From Candidatus Dojkabacteria bacterium (GTDB taxonomy: Bacteria > Patescibacteriota > Dojkabacteria > JAFGLO01), in contig JAFGLO010000004.1 in the NCBI GenBank assembly GCA_016927995.1, positions 955 to 64,954 on the forward strand: a stretch of 64,000 bases of DNA. Reading direction: 5' to 3'. The position numbers and the translations under genes are program-made. The stretch's first letter is position 1, and the number at the start of each line of letters is the position of its first letter. Under the pieces are notes generated by a model. That model did not search any database. It worked only from the letters and a program-made list of their open reading frames with translations, and was not told the DNA's origin. Positions 10,012 through 19,511 of the stretch are shown here, piece by piece.

Positions 10012-10099
10012 CGGAGAGGACAGGATTCGAACCTGCGGTTCCGACAAGCGGAACACTTGCTCTCCAAGCAAGCGCTTTCGACCACTCAGCCACCTCTCC
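10012..10099 (-). tRNA. tRNA-Ser (anticodon GGA)
   Basis: The reverse complement folds as GGAGAGG acceptor stem, D-arm, anticodon stem CTTGC/GCAAG with loop TTGGAGA (anticodon GGA), a long variable arm, T-arm GGTTCGAATCC, then CCTCTCC plus a discriminator base. The long variable arm is typical of Ser. Confidence 0.8.
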
Positions 10100-10171
10100 T
10101 AGATGGTGTATTTTAACACAAGTCTCGGAAATTTCACCATATTTCAAGGGAGATTATATTTGATCTTTCTT

Positions 10172-12295
10172 TTATTTGGTAGCCCTATATACAAAATATG
10201 AAATTGCAACAATCACCGGAATCAACCACCAAAGAAACGTAAAATCAAATTCATTTGCGGTTTTATCTGAGGATTCAGTAGTATCAGTTGTATTATCTTG
10301 AGGAAGGGAGGGATCTCCTGTATCTTGGGTTTCTGCATCGTTATCTGTAGTTTCGGTTGGAGTCTCTTCTGGCTCTTTTTCTATCTCTGTTGTCGGAGTA
10401 TATGTTAGATTTATTACAAATCTTAGATTAGCAATTCCCGATGGATTACCGGCTTCGTCACATGCAATTACGTTAAGCGTTCTTGTCGTAAAAACTCGTA
10501 AAGTTGTTTCATATAAATATCCGTAGGTGCAAGATGGATTTAGATTTCCAATAGTATATCTAATAACAGACGCTCCTTCTGCAGCCAGAGTTACAAATAT
10601 GGCATTGGGATAGGTTCCGGGTACAGGTGTAGAAGTTGGAATAGAAGGGGCAACATTGTCTAGATAAACAGAAGATTTGTTTGTTGTATTGGAATAAACT
10701 TTATCAAGGTTGTCGGCGGAAATATCAAACCTGATTTGCCCTTCCCTATCGCTTGTACTTATAACAACGGTTGCGGTGTAGTGATTAGGGCTTGTTTGGA
10801 TAATGACTGTTGTTCCAAGATTATATCCTCCGGCATAAAACGTAACGGTTGGATTTATCAAGGTAATGCTTGATGTAAAGCTTAGTGTAATTGTATCGTT
10901 GTTTTTTGCAAGGGTGGTAATTGCGTTAGAGCTTAGTATACTTATGCCCGAGAGCGTGGCTATATTGCTTGTGTTATAAATATTAAATGGCTCGGAATAA
11001 AATCCTGTACAAAGTGACGGGGTTCCGTTATCATAAATTGTGCCTTTGAGTATATATGAACCGTCCGATATGGTTTCTGTATCAAATATAGTACTAGTGC
11101 TAAGTGTATCCGTAATAATGTTTTGGTTGAATGACTGGTTAGCATTTAAAAGATCAATTGTGTAGGTAAGTGTGTCATTGTTCGCATCGGATGCAGGGTC
11201 CCAAGTAATATTAAGCATTCCCGAAAATGCCCCTGATACGGGATTTGTAAAAGAGGTTAAGTTTGGTGCTAAATTCGGAAGAGGTCCAAAATAAAAGTTT
11301 TTTTCAGTATAGTCTGAGCCACCGGAAATATAATTAACAGTTATTCCGGCATTTACTCCATCACGGTTGGTACTTCTGCGGGCAACATGGATGTGAGAAT
11401 CTGGGCAGCCTGACTGCTCGGTAAGTGCCCAGCCAAACTGGTTGCCTGTGTACCAGCGGCCTGGGTGGTTGCAGAGCGATGCCGGCTGATATCTAAGTGT
11501 CCAGCCTCTCTGGACATTTGGCGACTTTGAGTAAAGTATAATCCAGAAATTGTTTGATACATTTAAGTTTTTTACTCCAATTGTTCCATCGGCATTTGTT
11601 TGCAAAGAGACAAGGTGATGTGATGAATTCACCGAATGGGTATGATGAAATGTAGCATCTTTGTTAAGTGTTCCAACAAGCTCAACCAGGCCCGAGCTTC
11701 GCCAATCTGTACTTAAAGTCGAAAGCGTAGCTGCATTGCCTACAAGATAAACTTCTAAATCCGAGGAATTGCCTGCATTAGGTATTGCATTAAACTCGAT
11801 CCAGAAACTCATGTCGGAAACCATTTCAAACGGATTTTCATATCTGAAGACTGAGTAGGTTTCACGAAATACAGGTGTGCCTAAGGGTGCGTTGTACCAG
11901 GTAATATCTGAGGGAGCAAAGTAAACTTCAGGGTAAATTTGATCGGGATAAATATTGGGTGACTCCCAACGATCTTCTGTGCCGTTATAGGTTAGATTGT
12001 AGCCTATATGTTCTGGATTGCAGACTCCGTCAACATAATAGTTCCAGCACGACGTTGATACTGTGTTTCCGTTTATTCCATTTACGTCAATTGAAACCGA
12101 GGCAACGGTCTCATCTTCTTCGTAAATATTTGCAATATATACTTTATATGGCGAAAATCGGGAGATATCCAATGTTGGGTTAATGCTTGCATCGAGGGTA
12201 AGTGCATAAAGCGGGGACAGTCTAAAAACCAATAATCCTACAACAGATAATAGCACCACACCCAAAGCGACCCTTAAAACAGGCGGCTTTTTCAT
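10172..12295 (-). CDS. Large secreted surface protein with acidic Thr-rich stalk and C-terminal TM anchor
   Basis: 707 aa. N-terminal signal peptide. C-terminus …EKEPEETPTETTDNDAETQD… followed by the hydrophobic anchor LWWLIPVIVAISYFVY. Confidence 0.55.
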   Translation of the reverse strand: MKKPPVLRVALGVVLLSVVGLLVFRLSPLYALTLDASINPTLDISRFSPYKVYIANIYEEDETVASVSIDVNGINGNTVSTSCWNYYVDGVCNPEHIGYNLTYNGTEDRWESPNIYPDQIYPEVYFAPSDITWYNAPLGTPVFRETYSVFRYENPFEMVSDMSFWIEFNAIPNAGNSSDLEVYLVGNAATLSTLSTDWRSSGLVELVGTLNKDATFHHTHSVNSSHHLVSLQTNADGTIGVKNLNVSNNFWIILYSKSPNVQRGWTLRYQPASLCNHPGRWYTGNQFGWALTEQSGCPDSHIHVARRSTNRDGVNAGITVNYISGGSDYTEKNFYFGPLPNLAPNLTSFTNPVSGAFSGMLNITWDPASDANNDTLTYTIDLLNANQSFNQNIITDTLSTSTIFDTETISDGSYILKGTIYDNGTPSLCTGFYSEPFNIYNTSNIATLSGISILSSNAITTLAKNNDTITLSFTSSITLINPTVTFYAGGYNLGTTVIIQTSPNHYTATVVISTSDREGQIRFDISADNLDKVYSNTTNKSSVYLDNVAPSIPTSTPVPGTYPNAIFVTLAAEGASVIRYTIGNLNPSCTYGYLYETTLRVFTTRTLNVIACDEAGNPSGIANLRFVINLTYTPTTEIEKEPEETPTETTDNDAETQDTGDPSLPQDNTTDTTESSDKTANEFDFTFLWWLIPVIVAISYFVYRATK

Positions 12296-12412
12296 AAATT
12301 CAAAGGTTTAATAATATTCATTATAGAGTGCACATTAAATTTGTGCAAACGTTACCTTGTCGGTACTGTGCTATAATGAACTATCTATAAATAAATTTGT
12401 GTTCCTTTATAT

Positions 12413-13348
12413 ATGGAATCTTCTGCAAATGTTCCTGCTCCTAGCACGCCGGTCTCTAGTACGGTAACTCCTTCACCCGTTACCGCTTCGGTCAAGAAGT
12501 CATCGAGTTTGTTGCTTACCGTCCTTACAGTATTAGGGTTTGCTCTTGTTGTAGGTGCAGCTGTTTATATTTGGCAAGCCACAAATTTTAAGAAACAGAT
12601 TGATTCTTTGGAAAAAAAGATTGACGACTTAGAAGAGGAACTAAAAAGTTCAGACAATAATGGTGATTTAAATACGGAGGATAGTGAAGACACAGAAGAG
12701 TCAACAATAACCTCGTATAACTCAGACTATGATTTATATACAAACAACAGGTACGGATTTTCCATGTTAATTCCCGTTGAGTTTTATCATGGTTATGGTG
12801 CCGATTGCGTTTGGGATAATGATTCTTTTAGGCCTGCGGGAGCTATTGTTCCAACTGCCGTATTTGAGCATGCAAATAGCATTTACATTACAAGCGAGTA
12901 TTTTTACAACCTTACCGGTGAATCAGCAAATAATGGCTATCATACATATTCGGGTTGTGAGCTAATTACAAATTCATTTGCAATTATAAATTCAGGAGAC
13001 TATTTTCAACAAAGTTACTGGGAAATTGTTGCAGAAGAGGTAAACAATGAAGCCGAGCTTACGACATTTATTCAGAATCGTTTTGGAGGTGGGTGTAGCC
13101 TTGGTACCCAGACTGAGTCCTCACAGAGCGGAGTGTATGATGTCTCCATATCCGGTGACTTTAATATTGAAGACTTAGATGATCCTAGTTCCTGTCCTGT
13201 AAATTATGCATATATAATAAAGTATTACCCGGCTCGAAATATTGTTGTGTCTTGGAATCTTGGACAGGCAATAACATTTGCCAGCAATGAAAACTGGACT
13301 GAGACTTTCGATCAAGAAATGGTAGATAGTTTTGAGTTTATTGAATAA
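12413..13348 (+). CDS. Membrane-anchored hypothetical protein (N-terminal TM, coiled-coil, acidic linker)
   Basis: 311 aa. A single N-terminal TM helix, KQIDSLEKKIDDLEEELK coiled coil, then a Cys-containing globular domain. Confidence 0.45.
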   Translation: MESSANVPAPSTPVSSTVTPSPVTASVKKSSSLLLTVLTVLGFALVVGAAVYIWQATNFKKQIDSLEKKIDDLEEELKSSDNNGDLNTEDSEDTEESTITSYNSDYDLYTNNRYGFSMLIPVEFYHGYGADCVWDNDSFRPAGAIVPTAVFEHANSIYITSEYFYNLTGESANNGYHTYSGCELITNSFAIINSGDYFQQSYWEIVAEEVNNEAELTTFIQNRFGGGCSLGTQTESSQSGVYDVSISGDFNIEDLDDPSSCPVNYAYIIKYYPARNIVVSWNLGQAITFASNENWTETFDQEMVDSFEFIE

Positions 13349-13453
13349 CTATTCTCATGGAAAAAGTAGTCCATTGCGGAATTATTTGTTCGGAATGTCC
13401 CGACTTTCCTTGTGTGTTGCTTATAAAACCTAAACACCAAAAATAGCGTTAGT

Positions 13454-14407
13454 ATGAGTACAAATGCTTTTGTAACATTTTTAATGCTTAACGACAGTTA
13501 CCTCCCGGGAAGTTTAGTACTTGGATATGCATTGCGCAAGCAAAATATTAAAGCCGATTTAGTTTGTCTTGTAACTCCGGTTATCACACAAGAAGCAAGA
13601 GCTGCTTTGTCTGTAATCTATGATCATGTAATTGAGGTCAATGAAATTTATGTTCCACATAAAGATAGACAGCGCAGACAAGATGTTCCGTATTTATGTA
13701 CCAGATTTAATGCGTTACGACTTGGTGCAGATGGAGATCTTGGAGTTGCTTATGAAAAGATTGTAATTTTAGATTCGGACGTTTTGCCACTAAAAAATTA
13801 CATGAGTCTTTCAAAATTAAATACACCTGCAGGAATTCTTAATGAGAAAAAAGGTCACTTTAAGGGAACTAATGACAATCGTGAAAATTTAACGGAATGG
13901 AGCTGGCATGAGGTTTATGGAGATATTTGTCCGCATGGGGCAAGAGTTCCGCAAGAAATTACGGACAGAGTAAAGTATGATCCATCCAACATGGGCATGA
14001 ACGGATCTTTGTTTGTTGTAACCCCCTCATATGTAGAATTTAAAAATATCCTGAAAGATATAAACTCACCATTAATGGCAGAATATGTAGGAGACAAATT
14101 TGTATGGCCCGACATGCAGTATTTAACAATGAGATGGTCCGGAAGTTGGTATAGTGTTGATATTAAATACAGTGGATTAAATGGATATCCAAATCTTAAC
14201 GCACTTAATGGAACACATTTTGCAGGAGTGAAACCTTGGTATTTTAAGCGAGACAAAAAAGCAGTAATAAGTTTCTCAAAATTCCCCGATTACCAACTTT
14301 GGTATAAAACTTATTTGGAAATGATTAAAGATTATCCTCAGCTACTAAACGTGAAACGATTAAATGCATTAGTTGAATATATCAACGGAATAGTAGTTAG
14401 TTTTTAG
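13454..14407 (+). CDS. Glycosyltransferase family 8, glycogenin-like
   Basis: NAFVTFLMLNDSYLPGSLVLGYALRK and VILDSDVLPL (DxD) parallel glycogenin motifs (AYVTLLTNDAYAKGALVLGSSL, LDADTL). Confidence 0.55.
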   Translation: MSTNAFVTFLMLNDSYLPGSLVLGYALRKQNIKADLVCLVTPVITQEARAALSVIYDHVIEVNEIYVPHKDRQRRQDVPYLCTRFNALRLGADGDLGVAYEKIVILDSDVLPLKNYMSLSKLNTPAGILNEKKGHFKGTNDNRENLTEWSWHEVYGDICPHGARVPQEITDRVKYDPSNMGMNGSLFVVTPSYVEFKNILKDINSPLMAEYVGDKFVWPDMQYLTMRWSGSWYSVDIKYSGLNGYPNLNALNGTHFAGVKPWYFKRDKKAVISFSKFPDYQLWYKTYLEMIKDYPQLLNVKRLNALVEYINGIVVSF

Positions 14408-14509
14408 TGTCGGTAACCAACAATAAACAACTCACTATAACACAAAAAACTTGACAGATTCCTTAAACTATTAGATATTAAAGTAATATTTAATTTTTCT
14501 TTTACTTAA

Positions 14510-14740
14510 ATGGCCCCAGCTAAGAAAGGAAAGGTCGCGACTAAGAAGAAAGCTGTTAAGAAAACAGTACGAAAGACAGTAAAAAAAACTGTACGAAAAG
14601 CCGTACGTAAACCTGTACGAAAGGCAGTACGCAAGCCCGTACGAAAAACAGCAAAACGGGTAGTTAAGAAAAAGACTACAACACGTAAGCCGGCAAAGAA
14701 GGCCGTGAAAAAAGTAGCAAAGAAAAAAGCTAAAAAATAG
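14510..14740 (+). CDS. Lysine/alanine-rich histone H1-like basic protein
   Basis: 76 aa made almost entirely of K/A/V/R/T repeats (KKTVRKTVKKTVRKAVRKPVRK…). It is followed immediately by a strong intrinsic terminator. Confidence 0.6.
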   Translation: MAPAKKGKVATKKKAVKKTVRKTVKKTVRKAVRKPVRKAVRKPVRKTAKRVVKKKTTTRKPAKKAVKKVAKKKAKK

Positions 14741-14753
14741 TAAACCTTCGTTG

Positions 14754-14794
14754 AAAAGCCGGTTATGGTAGTTTACCATAACCGGCTTTTGCTT
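14754..14794 (+). terminator. Rho-independent terminator
   Basis: A perfect 17-bp stem (aaaagccggttatggta / taccataaccggctttt) with a 3-nt loop, followed by a T-run, 14 nt after the stop codon. Confidence 0.8.
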
Positions 14795-14882
14795 ATATAA
14801 CTTACAACCTTTAGGGTCTTTCTTACTTGCCGAAATCAGTCAGTATACTGTATAGTGGGGTAGTTAAATTTATGCTAATTTA

Positions 14883-15725
14883 ATGAAAATTAAAGACCCA
14901 AACCTTAAACTCGTAATTATTGCCTTTGTTGTTCTTCTGGTTCTACTTTTATCGTGTATTGGTTGTGGTGCTTTGAGTTACGGTTACTACAGACTCTCCG
15001 TTCGAGACTTTAATCAACTTGTTGATACAACCAAAGAGATTGATAATTATACCCTTTCATATGATTTCTACTTAAGAGGAAATTCCGAATATATGAAAGA
15101 AGATTTTTGGATTGATATTTCCGGTAGTCAGACTGTAGATGGCAAAATCTGGAGAGGGACATTAAACATCGATTCGCACGAATATGAATCAATGTCCGAG
15201 TTTGTCGATTTAGGTGATACTCTTATCGGTAAGATTGATTATGAGGATCCCAAACTTAATAAGTCTTGGAAAGAAATAACCGATCGCGGTTATGATCCGT
15301 ATAATCTGAATTTCCAAAAGAATGAGAACATTGTTCTGGACGGTATTACTGCATACAATTCTGTCCTTAGTAGATTAGTTATAGCATCCGAGAAAGAAAC
15401 TGTTCACAATCTTAACATCTTTGAAGGTAAGTATTACGTCACATTTGAGAACCCTGACCCGGTGATTTCATATTTCGTATCTAGTCTAATTGATGAAGCG
15501 TACCATTATGTATGTTTGGATTCCGTTGACGTCGATGTAGAAAACGTTTGGGCAACTGTTAAGGTTGAAAGCGGAGTAATTACCGAGATAAAGATTTATT
15601 TTACTGATGTTACAATTAAAGACTGTGGTGACAAATTTTACATAGAAGAAGGTGGCATTACATATACCCTAACAGATATTGATAAGACCAAAGTTGATAT
15701 CCCATTTGGATTTGAGGAAGATTAA
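14883..15725 (+). CDS. Putative lipoprotein / secreted hypothetical protein
   Basis: 280 aa. N-terminal hydrophobic signal with LLLSCIGCG (lipobox-like). Confidence 0.45.
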   Translation: MKIKDPNLKLVIIAFVVLLVLLLSCIGCGALSYGYYRLSVRDFNQLVDTTKEIDNYTLSYDFYLRGNSEYMKEDFWIDISGSQTVDGKIWRGTLNIDSHEYESMSEFVDLGDTLIGKIDYEDPKLNKSWKEITDRGYDPYNLNFQKNENIVLDGITAYNSVLSRLVIASEKETVHNLNIFEGKYYVTFENPDPVISYFVSSLIDEAYHYVCLDSVDVDVENVWATVKVESGVITEIKIYFTDVTIKDCGDKFYIEEGGITYTLTDIDKTKVDIPFGFEED

Positions 15726-15726
15726 C

Positions 15727-16218
15727 ATGAAAAAGCTTGTTGTTTACAAATCATTTTTTGGTGCAACCAAAAGCTATGCCACATGGATTTCAGAAGCTAT
15801 AAATGCATCACTGCTTGATTTCTGGAAAGCAAGTAGAAAAATCATTGCAGATAATGATCTTATTGTAATTTGTTCGGGCACTTACGTTGGATGGATGCCG
15901 CTTGTGCAATATCTAAAAGCCAACTGGGATATTCTTGGTGACAAAAAGGTTGTTATTGTTGCTGTTGGTGCCGTACCGGAATCTAGCCTTGATAGCAAAA
16001 GAACATACGAAAAAATTCCCGATGAGATTAGAAGATCGGTAAGATATTTTAAGCTTCAAAGCGTTCTTGGTCCTGCAAGGAATGCTATTGTAAAAAAGAA
16101 AAATATTAAAGAAGTTGTTGAATATATAAAAAAGCTAGATACAAAAAAGTCGGCAAATAGATCGCTTAAAAAGCCTACCAGGAAGCCAAGAAGCAAACAT
16201 GGATATTCTAAAACCTGA
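15727..16218 (+). CDS. Flavodoxin-like fold protein, hypothetical
   Basis: The N-terminus MKKLVVYKSFFGATKSYATWISEAI resembles the flavodoxin FMN-binding start. It has a basic K/R-rich C-terminal tail. The ATG at 15727 is preferred over the TTG-extended ORF. Confidence 0.35.
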   Translation: MKKLVVYKSFFGATKSYATWISEAINASLLDFWKASRKIIADNDLIVICSGTYVGWMPLVQYLKANWDILGDKKVVIVAVGAVPESSLDSKRTYEKIPDEIRRSVRYFKLQSVLGPARNAIVKKKNIKEVVEYIKKLDTKKSANRSLKKPTRKPRSKHGYSKT

Positions 16219-16232
16219 TCAAGAAGTTCCCG

Positions 16233-16742
16233 ATGAGATTAACTTCGTATTCCCAAAAGGTTAAAGAGCATTCAGTAAAGTGCCTTGCTTGTAGTAATTG
16301 TTGTAATCTTCAGCTTTCTCAAAAAGGTGCTTGCGGTGCGTATCAAAATATTAATGGTAAGTTGTACTCACTTTTGTACGGACTTGTTTCCCAAAGAGTA
16401 ATTGATAAAACTAAAAATGAGGTTGTAATTGCTTCGCTTGGCGATACAAATCCTTTGCTAAGACGATTTTCTAAAAAGATATCTTTCTGCCTTACAGATG
16501 CTTCGGTTAAAATTCCGGCACTTTTAGAGGTTTATCCTTTTGAGCTCTTGCGGATTTGTAAGTCCGAGGGTTTAAAGAGAATCATTTTTGATGGAAGTGA
16601 TCCCGCATGTTGTATTGATTTTATTGTTGATATTGCAAAAGAGGCTAGGCGGAAGGATATTATGGTTGTTGTAAAAACGACCGATCAGTTAAGTGATATT
16701 GTAAGAAAGCGAGTCAATCATTTGAATAATCTTTCCTTGTAG
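16233..16742 (+). CDS. PflA/AmmeMemoRadiSam-like N-terminal domain protein lacking the radical-SAM CxxxCxxC motif (degenerate or truncated)
   Basis: KCLACSNCCNLQLSQKGACGAYQNINGKLYSLLYGLVS matches the N-terminal Cys-rich segment of PFL-activating-enzyme-like radical SAM proteins. DGSDP resembles their GGEP motif. There is no CxxxCxxC, and the protein is only 169 aa. Confidence 0.35.
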   Translation: MRLTSYSQKVKEHSVKCLACSNCCNLQLSQKGACGAYQNINGKLYSLLYGLVSQRVIDKTKNEVVIASLGDTNPLLRRFSKKISFCLTDASVKIPALLEVYPFELLRICKSEGLKRIIFDGSDPACCIDFIVDIAKEARRKDIMVVVKTTDQLSDIVRKRVNHLNNLSL

Positions 16743-16782
16743 ATTTTACGATTTCAGCCCTTGTCTATGTTGTGCGCGGGTA

Positions 16783-16811
16783 TTAACACTTTGGGTTGGT
16801 GGTGATATAAT
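16783..16811 (+). promoter_or_regulatory. Candidate sigma70-type promoter (TTAACA-N17-TATAAT)
   Basis: -35 ttaaca (16783-16788), a 17-nt spacer, -10 tataat (16806-16811), in the intergenic region after the PflA-like gene. Confidence 0.3.
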
Positions 16812-17680
16812 ATCCTCCAGATAACTTAGAGACTATTAAGTAAATGCTAGAATCTCCGAGAAATAAATATATTTCAGGTGCGGATAATGTTAGTGTTGGT
16901 GTTACCGAACTTTGTTTAGGTATAGGAGGTATGGTTCTTGCAGAATCAATTCTTGCTGTAATTGGAACAGGATCACCTTTAGATATATTTGGATCAAGTG
17001 TTCCTGCAGTTTTGGGTGCCTGTTGCCTTGTAAGGCGGTTATTACTTGCTCGTCAATTATATGAGGATTCACTGAGATAATATTATTAAATAAGTAAATG
17101 GACTTCCGTGAATCAGAAGACTTTTGGAATGAAGTAGTAAACAGAGCATCAAAACTTTCCTTGTGTTTTTTTTCAACAGTTATTATTGGAGTTGCAGGCT
17201 TGGCAATATATGAAGCTTTCTGCATGTCTGATAAGTGCAATGAATTTGTCGGCTGGATAATGAGATTGATAAAGTAATAAAATGGATACTTTAGTGAAAC
17301 ATCTATGTCTCTAGACAAGGACTCCCCAAAAACCGGACCCACGGATGCCTCGGAGACTTGGTTTAGTAGATTAAAACTGCCAGATTTTAATGGATTTTTG
17401 TCACCAATTATAATGATTTGCTGTATAGCAGAGCTTACCGTTTTTCAAATACCATTTAGTGATCCAAAGGTTTATGTTCCCGTAGTATGTTCGATCTTTG
17501 CATTTTTTCTGGATCCCGGTGCATTGAGTTCGAGTAGTGCTAAAGAAGTAACCCAGATTGTTGATAATGAAGAAGGTGGAGAGTCCTAAACACCTTAAAC
17601 AACTTTATTCAAGCGGCTAACAATTTACTAACTTTCAAACAGTTGCTATACTAAAAGGCATATAAATTGTATTTTGTATT

Positions 17681-18802
17681 ATGGCAAAGTCAAAAAAAGT
17701 AAAACCTGCGGAAAATAGTGCCGCGGAAAACCCTTCAAAAGAATCAAAATCAACCAAAACCGAATCCGAAAAGGTAACTGTCTTGGGTGAAGATATTTCA
17801 ACATTTCGTGGATTAAATCTTTTTGAAAATGTTGTAAACGCACTGTTTTTTATATTCTTGGGTTCAGTTCTTCTTCTAAATACAACAGGGTTTGTACCCT
17901 GGACGGTGTGGTTGTTTTTTATTAGATTCTGGCCAATATTTTTGATATTTGCAGGAATTCGAATAATTCTTGGAAAATCTTTAGTTGCCAGAATTATCAT
18001 GTTGGTAGTGTCAATTTTGGTTTTTGGATTTATATTTCTTGCCGGAATTGTTGCTACCGCTCCTTCATTTCTGGAACGGTTTAATATTACGGTACCGGTT
18101 AACGTCCAAGAATTCATAGAAAGAGTTTGGACAAATAATTTAGAAGAAGCTGAATCAACATTTGTTGTTCCCAAAGATGAATCAGAACTGCTCGACAAAC
18201 TAAAGCTTTCAATAGACGTCGGATATGGAGAATTTATTTTGTACGATAATTACGAAGGTGAAGACATATTTAAAGTGGAGTCACAATATTGTGAGGGAAT
18301 TGGCGAACCTTATACAAAATATACAGTTACTGGAGGACTTTTAGATATTGATTTTAATGCTAAAAAGTATTCTAATAATGTTTTTAATTACTGCGATATT
18401 TTTTACGATATGGCAATAGAAGAAGAGGGTCTATTAGCAGATCTTGATATTACTGTAGGCGCAGGAAAGGGCAGTATAAATTTTACCAAACAATCCGTTA
18501 ACAATATAAAAGCAGACGTAGGTGCGGGTGAGCTTATTGTAAAGATTTCAAAAGATTCGGAAATCGAGGGTTTAATTGACTTAAAAGTAGGTGCCGGTAA
18601 AGTTGAAGTTTTGTTAGATCCAGGGGTTTCTGTAAAAGTTAATTATAAGGTCGGGGTGGGAGATATTGAAATCTTCGGAAAATCATATGGAAACATTGGT
18701 TCCGACGGAACCTTTACGTCTGAGAATTACAATAGCGCCGGAAAGCAGATTGAAATAACTGTCGAAGTTGGAGTAGGAAGCTTCGAGCTTTCGCAAAATT
18801 AA
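17681..18802 (+). CDS. Membrane protein with C-terminal LiaF/DUF4097-like β-rich domain
   Basis: 373 aa. K-rich N-terminus, 3-4 TM helices, and C-terminal repeats (VGAGKGSINF, VGAGELIVKI, VGAGKVEVLL, VGVGDIEIFG) typical of LiaF/YvlB-type domains. Confidence 0.5.
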   Translation: MAKSKKVKPAENSAAENPSKESKSTKTESEKVTVLGEDISTFRGLNLFENVVNALFFIFLGSVLLLNTTGFVPWTVWLFFIRFWPIFLIFAGIRIILGKSLVARIIMLVVSILVFGFIFLAGIVATAPSFLERFNITVPVNVQEFIERVWTNNLEEAESTFVVPKDESELLDKLKLSIDVGYGEFILYDNYEGEDIFKVESQYCEGIGEPYTKYTVTGGLLDIDFNAKKYSNNVFNYCDIFYDMAIEEEGLLADLDITVGAGKGSINFTKQSVNNIKADVGAGELIVKISKDSEIEGLIDLKVGAGKVEVLLDPGVSVKVNYKVGVGDIEIFGKSYGNIGSDGTFTSENYNSAGKQIEITVEVGVGSFELSQN

Positions 18803-18818
18803 TTTTAATTATTGGTTT

Positions 18819-19448
18819 ATGGAACATAAGGGTAAATCTATTTGGGGAATTATTCTGATTATTTTCGGAGTAAATCTCCTTATTGGTAACGTAATTAATG
18901 TTTGGCCACTTATAATAGTTGCAATAGGTGTATACATATTTGTCAGAGGAAATTTTGGATCGGGAATCTTTATGGTGGGTTTGGGCGGACTTTTATGGGC
19001 GTCAACAATTTGGGGATTTGAGTTATGGGCAAAGTTCTGGCCGCTTGTAATTATACTAATAGGTATAAGCTCCTTTTTTGGTGACAAGCGACATGGACTT
19101 AAAAGGAGTGTTGAAACAAATGGTGAAATTAGTGAAACCGTCGTATTAAGCGGAGTTGATCGAGTATATAAAACAAATGATTTTAAAGGCGGGGAAATTA
19201 CTGCAGTTTTGGGTGGGGGTGAAATTGACCTTTCCGCAGTTACGATTTCGGAAGATACAACACTTGAGATAACCGTAGTTTTGGGTGGAATAAAAGTTAT
19301 TTTACCCAAAGACTGTAAAACGGTAGTTAACGGAACCGCAGTTTTAGGTGGATGGGAAGACAAACGGACCAATCGGGATTCTTCCGGCAAAACACTTACT
19401 CTTACAGGTGTTGCTGTTTTAGGAGGAGTCGAAATAGTAAACAGTTAA
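18819..19448 (+). CDS. LiaF-like cell-envelope stress membrane protein
   Basis: 209 aa. N-terminal TM helices. C-terminal repeats AVLGGGEIDL, VVLGGIKVIL and AVLGGWED matching the LiaF C-terminal domain (DUF2154). Confidence 0.5.
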   Translation: MEHKGKSIWGIILIIFGVNLLIGNVINVWPLIIVAIGVYIFVRGNFGSGIFMVGLGGLLWASTIWGFELWAKFWPLVIILIGISSFFGDKRHGLKRSVETNGEISETVVLSGVDRVYKTNDFKGGEITAVLGGGEIDLSAVTISEDTTLEITVVLGGIKVILPKDCKTVVNGTAVLGGWEDKRTNRDSSGKTLTLTGVAVLGGVEIVNS

Positions 19449-19511
19449 AAGTTCAACTGTCAAAATAAGTCTTGCAGGTTCGAACATATTTAAGTTAAAA
19501 CTTTACGGTGT

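Noticed and set aside
14471-14779. Minus-strand 102-aa Cys/Phe-rich ORF
   Set aside because: Antisense to the histone H1-like gene. Its periodic low-complexity composition mirrors the K/A/V repeats, and the sense ORF is supported by a terminator.
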